A DNA stretch of 64,000 nucleotides. It comes from Lingula anatina (taxonomy: Eukaryota; Animalia; Brachiopoda). Under the pieces are notes generated by a model that worked only from the letters and a program-made list of their open reading frames with translations, searched no databases and was not told the origin of the DNA. Position 1 is the stretch's first letter, and every line of letters starts with the position of its first letter. The position numbers were made by a program, and so were the translations under genes. The DNA is taken from assembly GCA_051362555.1 (NCBI GenBank), contig CM120641.1, forward strand, positions 40,740,401-40,804,400, given 5' to 3'. Shown piece by piece: positions 27,001-37,984 of this stretch.

Positions 27001-30000
27001 GGAAGAAATTTTTTTTTCTTCATTATAGTGACCGGTAGGTGTGTTGGGTCATTTGTAGTCAGTATAAAGTACTGGAAGAGTGGTTGTGTCAATACTAAGG
27101 AAGAAAAAGAGCAAAAACTCTGGCCACCCCCCCTCTCTCCAGATCCTGTTTTCAGCTGTGTTTTTGGCTATCTTTAAAGCTGGAATTGGGGGCTTTAATG
27201 AAGTGATCCCGGCGTGTTTCCACATTTTTTATGAATGACAGGTGTGGTAGATTAATTTTCATCACATTTCGGAAAAATTGGTGACGGGTCGTTTTTGGGT
27301 GATTTTGAGTGATTTTCATCAGGTCCGCGTACAGCAGATTTCTTCAATTTTGGCCAAAAAGGGAAGAAATTTTTTTTTCTTCATTATAGTGACCGGTAGG
27401 TGTGTTGGGTCATTTGTAGTCAGTATAAAGTACTGGAAGAGTGGTTGTGTCAATACTAAGGAAGAAAAAGAGCAAAAACTCTGGCCACCCCCCCTCTCTC
27501 CAGATCCTGTTTTCAGCTGTGTTTTTGGCTATCTTTAAAGCTGGAATTGGGGGCTTTAATGAAGTGATCCCGGCGTGTTTCCACATTTTTTATGAATGAC
27601 AGGTGTGGTAGATTAATTTTCATCACATTTCGGAAAAATTGGTGACGGGTCGTTTTTGGGTGATTTTGAGTGATTTTCATCAGGTCCGCGTACAGCAGAT
27701 TTCTTCAATTTTGGCCAAAAAGGGAAGAAATTTTTTGTTCTTCATTATAGTGACCGGTAGGTGTGTTGGGTCATTTGTAGTCAGTATAAAGTACTGGAAG
27801 AGTGGTTGTGTCAATATTAAGGAAGAAAAAGAGCAAAAACTCTGGCCACCCCCCCTCTCTCCAGATCCTGTTTTCAGCTGTGTTTTTGGCTATCTTTAAA
27901 GCTGGAATTGGGGGCTTTAATGAAGTGATCCGGGCGTGTTTCCACATTTTTTATGAATGACAGGTGTGGTAGATTAATTTTCATCACATTTCGGAAAAAT
28001 TGGTGACGGGTCGTTTTTGGGTGATTTTGAGTGATTTTCATCAGGTCCGCGTACAGCAGATTTCTTCAATTTTGGCCAAAAAGGGAAGAAATTTTTTTTT
28101 CTTCATTATAGTGACCGGTAGGTGTGTTGGGTCATTTGTAGTCAGTATAAAGTACTGGAAGAGTGGTTGTGTCAATATTAAGGAAGAAAAAGAGCAAAAA
28201 CTCTGGCCACCCCCCCTCTCTCCAGATCCTGTTTTCAGCTGTGTTTTTGGCTATCTTTAAAGCTGGAATTGGGGGCTTTAATGAAGTGATCCGGGCGTGT
28301 TTCCACATTTTTTTATGAATGACAGGTGTGGTAGATTAATTTTCATCACATTTCGGAAAAATTGGTGACGGGTCATTTTTGGGTGATTTTGAGTGATTTT
28401 CATCAGGTCCGCGTACAGCAGATTTCTTCAATTTTGGCCAAAAAGGGAAGAAATTTTTTTTTCTTCATTATAGTGACCGGTAGGTGTGTTGGGTCATTTG
28501 TAGTCAGTATAAAGTACTGGAAGAGTGGTTGTGTCAATATTAAGGAAGAAAAAGAGCAAAAACTCTGGCCACCCCCCCCTCTCTCCAAATCCTGTTTTCA
28601 GCTGTGTTTTTGGCTATCTTTAAAGCTGGAATTGGGGGCTTTAATGAAGTGATCCGGGCGTGTTTCCACATTTTTTATGAATGACAGGTGTGGTAGATTA
28701 ATTTTCATCACATTTCGGAAAAATTGGTGACGGGTCGTTTTTGGGTGATTTTGAGTGATTTTCATCAGGTCCGCGTACAGCAGATTTCTTCAATTTTGGC
28801 CAAAAAGGGAAGAAATTTTTTTTCTTCATTATAGTGACCGGTAGGTGTGTTGGGTCATTTGTAGTAAGTATAAAGTACTGGAAGAGTGGTAAAGAGCAAA
28901 AACTCTGGCCACCCCCCCCCCCCCCCCCTCTCCAGATCCTGTTTTCAGCTGTGTTTTTGGCTATCTTTAAAGCTGGAATTGGGGGCTTTAATGAAGTGAT
29001 CCGGGCGTGTTTCCACATTTTTTATGAATGACAGGTGTGGTAGATTAATTTTCATCACATTTCGGAAAAATTGGTGACGGGTCGTTTTTGGGTGATTTTG
29101 AGTGATTTTCATCAGGTCCGCGTACAGCAGATTTCTTCAATTTTGGCCAAAAAGGGAAGAAAATTTTTTTCTTCATTATAGTGACCGGTAGGTGTGTTGG
29201 GTCATTTGTAGTAAGTATAAAGTACTGGAAGAGTGGTTGTGTCAATATTAAGGAAGAAAAAGAGCAAAAACTCTGGCCACACCCCCCCCCCTCTCTCCAG
29301 ATCCTGTTTTCAGCTGTGTTTTTGGCTATCTTTAAAGCTGGAGTTGGGGGCTTTAATGAAGTGATCCTGGCGTGTTTCCACATTTTTTATGAATGACAGG
29401 TGTGGTAGATTGATTTTCATCACATTTCACACAAAATTGACGACGGGTCGTTTTTGGGTGGTTTTGAGTGATTTTCATAAGGTCCGCGTACAGCAGATTT
29501 CTTCAATTTTGGCCAAAAAGGGAAGAAATTTTTTTTCTTCATTATAGTGACCGGTAGGTGTGTTGGGTCATTTGTAGTAAGTATAAAGTACTGGAAGAGT
29601 GGTTGTGTCAATATTAAGGAAGAAAAAGAGCAAAAACTCTGGCCACACACACCCCCCCTCTCCAGATCCTGTTTTCAGCTGTGTTTTTGGCTATCTTTAA
29701 AGCTGGAATTGGGGGCTTTAATGAAGTGATCCGGGCGTGTTTCCACATTTTTTATGAATGACAGGTGTGGTAGATTGATTTTCATCACATTTCACACAAA
29801 ATTGACGACGGGTCGTTTTTGGGTGGTTTTGAGTGATTTTCATAAGGTCCTCGTACAGCAGATTTCTACAATCTTGGCCATGTAGGGAATATTTTATTTC
29901 TTCATTATATAGTGACCGGTAGGTGTGTTGGGTCATTTGTTTGGTCAGGTGTGGTAGATTGATTTTCATCATAGATGGGTTGATTTTTGGTGATTTTGAG

Positions 30001-30010
30001 TGATCTTCTT
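1..30010. repeat. 361-bp tandem satellite DNA array, ~83 head-to-tail copies, continuing past the left window edge
   Basis: Unit TGTGTCAATATTAAGGAAG...GGAAGAGTGGT recurs every 360-362 bp (1, 362, 723...). Copies differ by a few SNPs and homopolymer-length changes. Copies become degenerate after ~28.3 kb and end near 30,010. Confidence 0.99.
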
Positions 30011-30541
30011 CCGAACAAACCTGCATCTTTTAAAATAAGTGTTCTGGTATAATTTAAATTTATTCTGACTAAACACGTATCTTCCTTCTAAAAAAAGTCA
30101 AACATTTATTTTCTGAAATATAACTGTCGTCTAATTTAATATAATTAATCTTGAGTAACAACTGAATTGTTTTATATTGCAAAAAAAGCTCATTTACTCG
30201 GCTTTCTAATAGCATTAATATTTCTTTCATGTTCTTCCAAAAATAAGTGTTCGTTTTAATTTTAAAATTCGGACACCCTACTAAACTGCGATTACGCGAC
30301 CGACAGAAACGTATAATTCTCCTCAAAATCGTTACTTTTAGGCAACTTAACTGAAATATCCAAAAGATTAACATTTCTCGCTGATAATAATGCATCCATG
30401 GGTTAATAATTTTACTTGCTGTCAAAAATATCCAACATGAAACACGAGCATAAAATTCCCTCAGACAACACTCTCTCGCCGACTTTTGACCAAATGAGCA
30501 TGCGTACAACTTTTCGCAGAGTTACAGCAGGTCGGGGGCAG

Positions 30542-30672
30542 TTATAAATTTACGTGCATATTTACAAGTTTGTAACTTACAAAACTTCGAGAATACCAAC
30601 TTACGTGAACGACCGGACTTACGTGAAATGTTACAAGAATTTGTAAGTTACAGTCTTTCGAGAATACGGCCC
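30542..30672. mobile_element. Orphan end (TIR plus subterminal repeats) of a non-autonomous PIF/Harbinger-like DNA transposon
   Basis: Ends TTTCGAGAATACGGCCC|CAG, resembling the GG(G)CCCCGTATCTCGAAAG TIR at 39461. The TIR core is repeated ~70 bp inward (TTCGAGAATAC near 30586) and CTTACGTGAA occurs twice. No partner TIR is visible and the inner boundary is unknown. Confidence 0.55.
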
Positions 30673-33600
30673 CAGACCCGCATCTATTGTAAAAACCATT
30701 GATCCATGTAATTAGGTGTTTTGCACTTGCTCTCAGAAAGTCATCCACTCAAACCGATAACTTAAACCAACCAAAGAAAATCATTATTAAACAGTTATAA
30801 GAGCATTTGTCTTTTTTTCTTCCTCATTTCTTTAATGATACTGTGATCTCCCCTTCGTGACATAGTCTGGAGAATGAAAAGGTCAGTGTGTTCAGGTTAA
30901 CCGGGGTTTAAAAAATACATTTTCTTTGGTCTTTACTTACAGATAGGTCTCCCCGGTCGATGCGGTGACGGGGGTCTTGACCTCTTGGTGGTTTATCATC
31001 ACGTCATTTTTTCATGCCGCACCCAGGGTGGACAGGGCGATGAACCAAAATAACAATAGGCCTACGTATTAGATTACTTTCCTTCCCAGGAGGATTACTC
31101 TGATAATCTGAGGTAAGTGCTTGGACTCGGCTAGACACCGATGCATGGATTCAAAACGCTGTATCCAAACGTATTGTCTATTTTTCCCCATTTTATGCGG
31201 GCGGTCCTGACTGTACAGTATATTATCATCTCGCTCCGCTGGAGGCTTCGGGCGTATTCTAAAATTGAAAGTTTTTTAAACATTCTTCTAAAACTTATCA
31301 GTCACGGAAATTGCCCTGTTTTAAAAATGAAATTTTGCATGTCCATCTTCTTAATTATTCATGTTGATGAAATTCATATTAATATTCAAAACAGCATTGA
31401 AATGTAGATCGCTCGCCGACCAATAAATTATTATGGTCAAGCAAGGCTTCCATATTACGCGCTTCTGTACTTTTAAAGTTCAGCCTGGTACTCCAACTAA
31501 AAAAAGTAAGATGCCCCGCGTGTTCCAAACTGACCCATTAATTAACACGTGGTGTCATGCACAGGTCAGTAAACCAGGAACATTTGTGTGACATCATATC
31601 CCCTACAGACTCGCATCTTAATTGTAAAAAATATTGATCAGTCATCCACTCAAACCGATAATTTAAATCAACCAAAGAAAATCATTATTAAACAGTTATA
31701 AGCGCATTTGTCTTTTTCTTTTCTTCCTAATTTCTGTAATGATACTGTGATCTCCCCTTCGTGACATAGTCTGGAGAATGAAAAGGTCAGTGTGTTCAGG
31801 TTAACCGGGGTTTAAAAAATACATTTTCTTTGTTCTTTACCTACAGATAGGTCTCTCCGCTCGATGCGGTGACGGGGGTCTTGACCTCTTGGTGGTTTAT
31901 CATCACGTCATTTTTTCATGCCGCACCCAGGGTGGACAGGGCGATGAACCAAATCAACAATACGTATTAGATTACTTTAATTCCCAGGTGGATTACTCTG
32001 AGAATCTGAGGTAAGTATGCAAACGCATTGTCTATTTTCCCCCATTTTATGCGGGCGGTCCTGACTGTACAGTATATTATCATCTCTCTCCGCTGGAGGC
32101 TTCGGGCGTATTCTAAAATTGCAAAATATTTAACATTCTTCTAAAACTCATCAGTCACGGAAATTGCCCTGTTTTAAAAATGAAATTTTGAATGTCCATA
32201 TTTATATTGATGAAATTTATATTAATATTCAAAACAGCATTGAAATGTAGATCGCTCGCTGATCAATAAATTATCATGGTCAAGCAAGGCTTCCATATTA
32301 CGCGCTTCTGTACTTTTAAAGTTCAACCTGGTACTCCGACTAAAAATAGTAAGATGCCCCGCGCGCCCCAAACTGACCCATTAATTAACACGTGGTGTCA
32401 TGCACAGGTCAGTAAACCAGGAATATTTGTGTGACGTCATATCCCCTACAGACCCGCATATTAATTGTAAAAACTATTGATCAACGTAGTTAGGTGTTTT
32501 GCACTTGCTCTCAGAAAGTCATCCACTCAAACCGATAACTTAAATCAACCAAAGTAAATCATAATTAAACAGTTATAAGTGCTTTTGTCCTTTTCTTTTC
32601 TTCCTCATTTCTTTAATGGTACTGTGATCTCCCCTTCGTGTCATAGTATGGAGAATTAAAAGGTCAGTGTGTCCAGGTTAACCGGGGTTAAAAAAAAAAT
32701 ACTTTTTCTTTGGTCTTTACATACATATAGGTCTCTCCGGTCGATGCGGTGACGGGGGTCTTGACCTCTTGGTGGTTTATCATCACGTCATTTTTTCATG
32801 CCGCACCCAGGGCGGACAGGGCGATGAACCAAAACAACAATACGTATTAGATTATTTTCATTCCCAGGAGGATTACTCTGAGATTCTCAGGTAAGTGCTT
32901 GGCCTTGGCTAGACACTGATGCATGGAATCAAAACGCTGTATCCAAACGCATTGTCTATTTTTCACCATTTTATGCGGGCGGTCCTGACTGTTATGTACA
33001 GTATATTATCATATCGCTCCACCCGAGGCTTCGGGCGTTTTCTAAAATTGCAAAATTTTAACATTCTTCAAAAACTCATCAGTCACGGAAATTGCCCTGT
33101 TTTAAAAATGAAATTTTGAATGTCCATATTTATATTGATGAAATTTATAACAATATCCAAAACAACATTGAAATGTAGATCGCTCGCCGACCAATAAATT
33201 ATTATGGTCAAGCAAGGCTTCCATATTACGCGCTTCTGTACTTTTAAAGTTCAGCCTGGTACTCCGACTAAAAATAGTAAGATGCCCCGCGTGCCCCACC
33301 TGACCCATTAATTAACACGTGGTGTCATGCACAGGTCAGCAAACCAGGAACCTTTGTGTGACATCATATCCCCTACAGACCAGCATCTTAACTGTAAAAA
33401 CTATTGATCAACGTAGTTAGGTGTTTTGCACTTGCTCTCAGAAAGTCATCCACTCAAACTGATAACTTAAATCAACCAAAGTAAATCATAATTAAACAGT
33501 TATAAGTGCATTTGTCCTTTTCTTTTCTTCCTCATTTCTTTAATGGTACTGTGATCTCCCCTTCGTGTCATAGTAAGGTCAGTGTGTTCAGGTTCACCGG

Positions 33601-33835
33601 GGTTAAAAAAATACATTTTCTTTGGTCTTTACCTACATATAGGTCTCTCCGGTCGATGCGGTGACGGGGGTCTTGACCTCTTGGTGGTTTATCATCACGT
33701 CATTTTTTCATGCCGCACCCAGGGTGGACAGGGCGAGGAACTTAAACAACAATACGTATTAGATTACTTTCATTCCCAGGTGGATTACTCTGAGAGTCTG
33801 AGGTAAGTGCTTGGACTCGGCTAGACACCGATGCA
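30673..33835. repeat. ~930-bp tandem repeat, ~3.5 diverged copies
   Basis: GTCATCCACTCAAAC occurs at ~30740, 31641, 32518 and 33446. Spacings of 901/877/928 are explained by unit-specific deletions. Copy 1 is cut at CAG by the transposon end; copy 4 stops just before the LINE tail. Confidence 0.95.
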
Positions 33836-33869
33836 CTGGAGGGATGAAGGCATTGAACGAGACGTGGTT

Positions 33870-33910
<41 letters not shown>

Positions 33911-35702
33911 TTATTGTCGTATTTATACAAGTATAAAATGAAAATTGGTATGATCTGTCGATAAAATGTAATACAATGGAATTATTAAAATACATTTTGT
34001 TCATTAAAAATATGTACTGCTGATGGATAAAAACTATTTTTAGTGCGCGTGGAGGTTGCTTTTAATGACCGTAGTCGGGTTGATGACATATGCATAAGTA
34101 GGCTTTTCGCTGGGTGACCAGGGTCACCCGTGATTGACTTCACTTTCTTGAGCACTGGTCTCGTATACAAATATTCAATTGACGGCAAGTCCCTACCTAC
34201 AATGCGCTTGCAGTTTTTACTACGCGATTGGGGCGATTCTTGTCCTCTGCTGTAGCACTACCGTACCATACGGTGAAAGATTGTGTTAGTACACTCTCAA
34301 TCACTGCCCGGTAAAATTTTATCAGCAGTTCTTGGTTAACATAGAATGACCTCAATCGCCGTAGAAAGTAAAGTCTTTGCTGAGCTTTACAGACAATTTC
34401 ATCTTTGTTAATGTGCCATTTAAGATCATCAGATATATGTATGCCAAGAAATTTAAATGTCTGACTATTTCAACCTCAGAACCATTCAGCATAAGATGGC
34501 TAATTTTTGTTGGATTTTTCCTAAAATCTACAATAATTTCTTTTGTCTTTTTAACATTAAGCTCGAGGTCGTTTTCAGAGCACCATGAAACAAGGGTCGA
34601 AACTTGATTTCGATAATCAGACTTGGAAGTGCTAATAAGGCCAGCGCAGGTGGTATCATCCGCAAACTTAACAATCAAACAATCGGGATACGAAGCAACA
34701 CTGTCGGATGTAAACAGTAAATTTAAAAGAGGCGAGATGGCGCAGCCCTGAGACGTGCCAGTATTTATCTCTATAGTCTTGGAAAAGTTATTGCCGACTT
34801 TGACCTGTTGAGCACGATTAATTAAGAAACTTAAAAACCAATTACTGAGTGATGTACTAAAATGGAGAGAGTTAATAATTTTTTCGTGAAGTTTAAAAGG
34901 CGATATCGTGTTAAAAGCAGAGCTATAATCAGTAAAAAGTAGTCGTGCATAGTTAGGGATTTTACGATCCAAAAAAGTAAGAACATAATGTAAAGTGATA
35001 GCAACAGCATCCTCAGTCGACCTGTTCTTACGTTATGCAAATTGAAAAGGGTCGAAGGACGTCGGTAATTTTGATTTCAAATGTTGCAGAACAATTTCTC
35101 AAGCACTTTCATAACAACGGAAGTTAGAGCTACAGGCCTATAGTCATTGAGACAGGTAACAGGTGTGCGCTTTGGAACAGGTATTATCACAGATTGTTTA
35201 AATATTTTGGCACATAACTAGAGCGTAAAGACCAATTGTAGATGTTGCACAATACACCAGAGAGCTCATCGGCACATAATTTCAGCAGCCTAGGTGTGAT
35301 CCCATCCGGACCTGCCGCTCTCTTAACTTTCAGTCTAGTAAGACCAAGCCGGGTGTCTTCTACTGACAACTGGAAGGGTGCTTCTTTGTCTCGAGTACAG
35401 ATGATAGGAGATTTAATATTTGGTCTGTCGAAGCGGGCGTAGAATTCATTCAGCTTGTCTGGTAGGCTGGTGTCATCCGTGGGTGAGAGTTTGACTTTAG
35501 ATTTGTAGTCGGTGATTTTGTTCACTCCCTGCCAAAGCTCAAAAGAATTACAGCTGGAGATGTCTGCCTCAGGTTTATCTCTATACCGCAACTTAGCGCG
35601 CTTAATGGCCCGGCGCAGGTCATATTTTGACCGCTCGATAGCGTCCAAATTGCCCAATCTGAATGCTTCCTGTCTTGCAACAAGTTGTTTAGGGCCCCTT
35701 TA

Positions 35703-36753
35703 AGTCCCCTTTACACTGGACGGCGTCCTTTCTGCGTCCCTTCTGCGTTCAAAAATGTGGTCAGGACGCTCAACAGTCGCCAAAGCAATTAAATCGTGCC
35801 TCAGTGTAAAGGCGTCTGCGTCCCTTATGCGTCCTTTGAACGACCGAATCTTGATTTTACCAGTAAAACTGCGAGCGACCCACCTGCCTCCAATGTACGT
35901 CCCCTGTGCAACCCAAGGCGTCCATTGCGATGTTTGAGCGACCATTGAGGATTCTTGCTGCGTTCTCTGTACCTTTATCGGCGATCAGTGGCGTCTATTC
36001 TACGATCATTCTGCATCCTGCTTAACCGATGAGCGTTGTTTGAACGTCCTTCTCTATATTCTAACTCATTTTTTCATCGGTTCTAACCAGGTCATCCAAT
36101 AAAGAACATTCCAGCACAGAAACAAATAAATGGGAATAAACGCTTTAAACTATAGTGATGATGCAAGGTCTGCATGAACTGATAATCAGCCAGATGCCCA
36201 TTGTTATCCCTATAAGAAGGATGGACAGGCGCCGAAAACAAGAAAGGATGACTGACACAACAGAATATTTGAATCCGTTTTCAAATGACGCATTCTGCAA
36301 AAAGTTCTGACAATTAATGCATCTTGTAAAAAAAGGCAAAATATTCGTTTTTATAATAACCTCAAAAAAAAAAAAAAAAAAGGATCGTTTCATTAATTTT
36401 AGGGGAAAAAACAATTGGAGGCTGATATGAGACCACTGTTGCCCTTAGAATTCTTGTCTGGTGAAAAATACCTTAGCACGGCCCTGTTTGAGAGTGAAAA
36501 AAAATGTTCTACGTGCCGAACACTGGACGATCTTTGAGTTTTCATTCTGCAACCAAAGCGATGCTTGTACCTCCTTTCTACGACCGCGGCGATGCTTGTG
36601 CGTCCTCTCTGCGACCACGGCGATGCTTGTGCGTCCATTGAGTGACCATCCTCCATTGCGTTCTCTCTGCGATTGTTTTGAACATGCTCAAAACTTCGCG
36701 TCCTCGGCGATGCTTGAACACTGTGCGTTCTTTGAGCGTCCGACGGCGTCCAG
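35703..36753. mobile_element. Non-autonomous DNA transposon (Harbinger-like) inserted in the LINE; right TIR truncated
   Basis: Left end TTA|AGTCCCCTTTACACTGGACGGCGTC. Right end GACGGCGTCCAG matches the inner part of that TIR's reverse complement with 1 mismatch. Subterminal repeats GCGTCC and CGACC(G/A)CGGCGATGCTTGTGCGTCC. The segment interrupts the LINE ORF. Confidence 0.65.
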
Positions 36754-36810
36754 GGCTCGGAATCTCGAAAGGATCGCTATGTTGCGCACGTGCGCAAGCG
36801 TCTCGATTCC
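36754..36810. mobile_element. Terminal fragment of a second DNA transposon, related to the 39461-40390 element
   Basis: GGCTCGGAATCTCGAAAGGATCGCTATGTTGCGCACGTGCGC closely matches the reverse complement of 40335-40390 (GGCTCCGTACCTCGAAAGCTTCGCTATGTTGCGCACGGGCGC). It follows CAG. Confidence 0.7.
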
Positions 36811-37984
36811 ATAACTCGCCCATACTCGTCCCATATAATACACTGTAGCCTCTTTTTGATATAGCGACTTGTTGAAAATACTTGGATAAACCCTTTTTCA
36901 GGTTTGTGTGATTGAAATCTCCGGCTATGATAGACAATGTTCCTGGATTTGCATTTTCATAGTCTGTTATAATCTGTGTGAGCTGACTGATGGCCGACTT
37001 GGCGTCCGCATCGGGTAGAATATATACAACTGTAAAATGACTGATGTGAACTCTCGTGGCAAGTAGAACGGGCGGCACTTAATGACTAGAGTCTCTAGTT
37101 CCTTGGTACAGCACCTGGATAGTACATTTACATTATCGCACCAGAAGTCGTTGATCAAGAGGCACACGCCACCACCACGCTCTTTGTCCACGGTGTCGAA
37201 TAATCGGTCGGATCTGTATAAAGTGAATCCCGGGATTTGACTTTGAATGGCCGAATCTGGGACAAGGTTATTGAGCCACGTTTCCGTGATAAAGTAGGCT
37301 GAACAATCTCTGTAATCTCGATTGTTACTGATGAGACCGTGAACCTCATCCACCTTGTGGCGTAACGATCGGGCATTTAAGAGAAATATGCTCGGCAGCG
37401 GGCATCGATTTCCGCGGCTACGCAGCCTGACTAGAGCCCCACCTCGTTTACCTCGCTTTCGCCCCTTCCGCCGCGTATTTGAATCTTCATATTCAGTACT
37501 GGTAATAAAGTCAACCTGATTTAGACCTCCAAGCATGTCATAGCTCCCCTCAGTATAAGTATTTCTGTTGTGTAAGTATTTCTGACCCTTAGCAGCTCCT
37601 CTCTTGAATAAGTTATGTATCCAATAGTTAGTTTAAAAATTGAAAGTAAAATAACAAGTAATACTACTTTTGAGCAAGATATTTAGCTAAGTAGCTTTAA
37701 CAGCTAAGTATCTCTGAACAAAATCAACGCTTTCTCCTTTTAACAGTTGATTACGTCAAGGATTTCAGTGGTCACACGTTTCGATATTACGTCTTTCGCA
37801 CAACACTGTGAACCTAAAATCCCCGCTGCCTGAAGACATCACACGGTACGCCCGCCGAGATCGCGAACATGGTAAAGTTTTGTGAAGTCTTTGCTAGTTG
37901 TAAACGAAATTTATTATTTTCCTGTATATAAACATCGATCGACGAGAAAGTCTGTTACTGTGGTACCTGAAGGTAAGACTACAT

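Larger units (their letters stand above)
33871..37680 (-). mobile_element. Degenerate non-LTR retrotransposon (LINE, Rex1/Babar-like; APE endonuclease plus reverse transcriptase), frameshifted and interrupted at ~35700-36835
   Basis: Minus-strand fragments in order: YSREELL; RGKRGGALVRLR..PLPSIFLLNARSL; ITETWL; GGGVCL; IIAGDFN (APE); then [38 protein letters not shown] (RT). The 3' end is AATAAA followed by a (TTA)n tail (33871-33910). The 5' boundary is approximate and no TSD was found. Confidence 0.92.

Noticed and set aside
194-29729. About 85 near-identical 66-112 aa ORFs (MVTGRFWVILSDF...) resembling a tandem gene array
   Set aside because: They mostly use TTG/GTG starts in a eukaryote, are repeatedly frameshifted by homopolymer-length changes, and have no recognisable domain. 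They are a by-product of the satellite unit.
1-30010. CRISPR array or other repeat-spacer system
   Set aside because: Units are wholly repeated with no unique spacers, there are no cas genes, and the context is eukaryotic.
30069-30509. 146-aa minus-strand ORF next to the satellite
   Set aside because: Composition typical of random AT-rich DNA, no motifs, and no supporting splice structure.
32005-32020. ATACTTACCT on the minus strand resembling the U1 snRNA 5' end
   Set aside because: It is simply the complement of a consensus donor site created by a copy-2 deletion; no U1 body follows.
32095-32160. Minus-strand CTGATGAG suggesting a hammerhead ribozyme or C/D box
   Set aside because: No stem II followed by GAAA, no suitably placed D box, and the motif is altered in copy 1.
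30673-33835. 5S rRNA, tRNA or histone tandem cluster as an explanation of the 930-bp units
   Set aside because: No recognisable 5S, cloverleaf, conserved A/B boxes or histone coding sequence on either strand.
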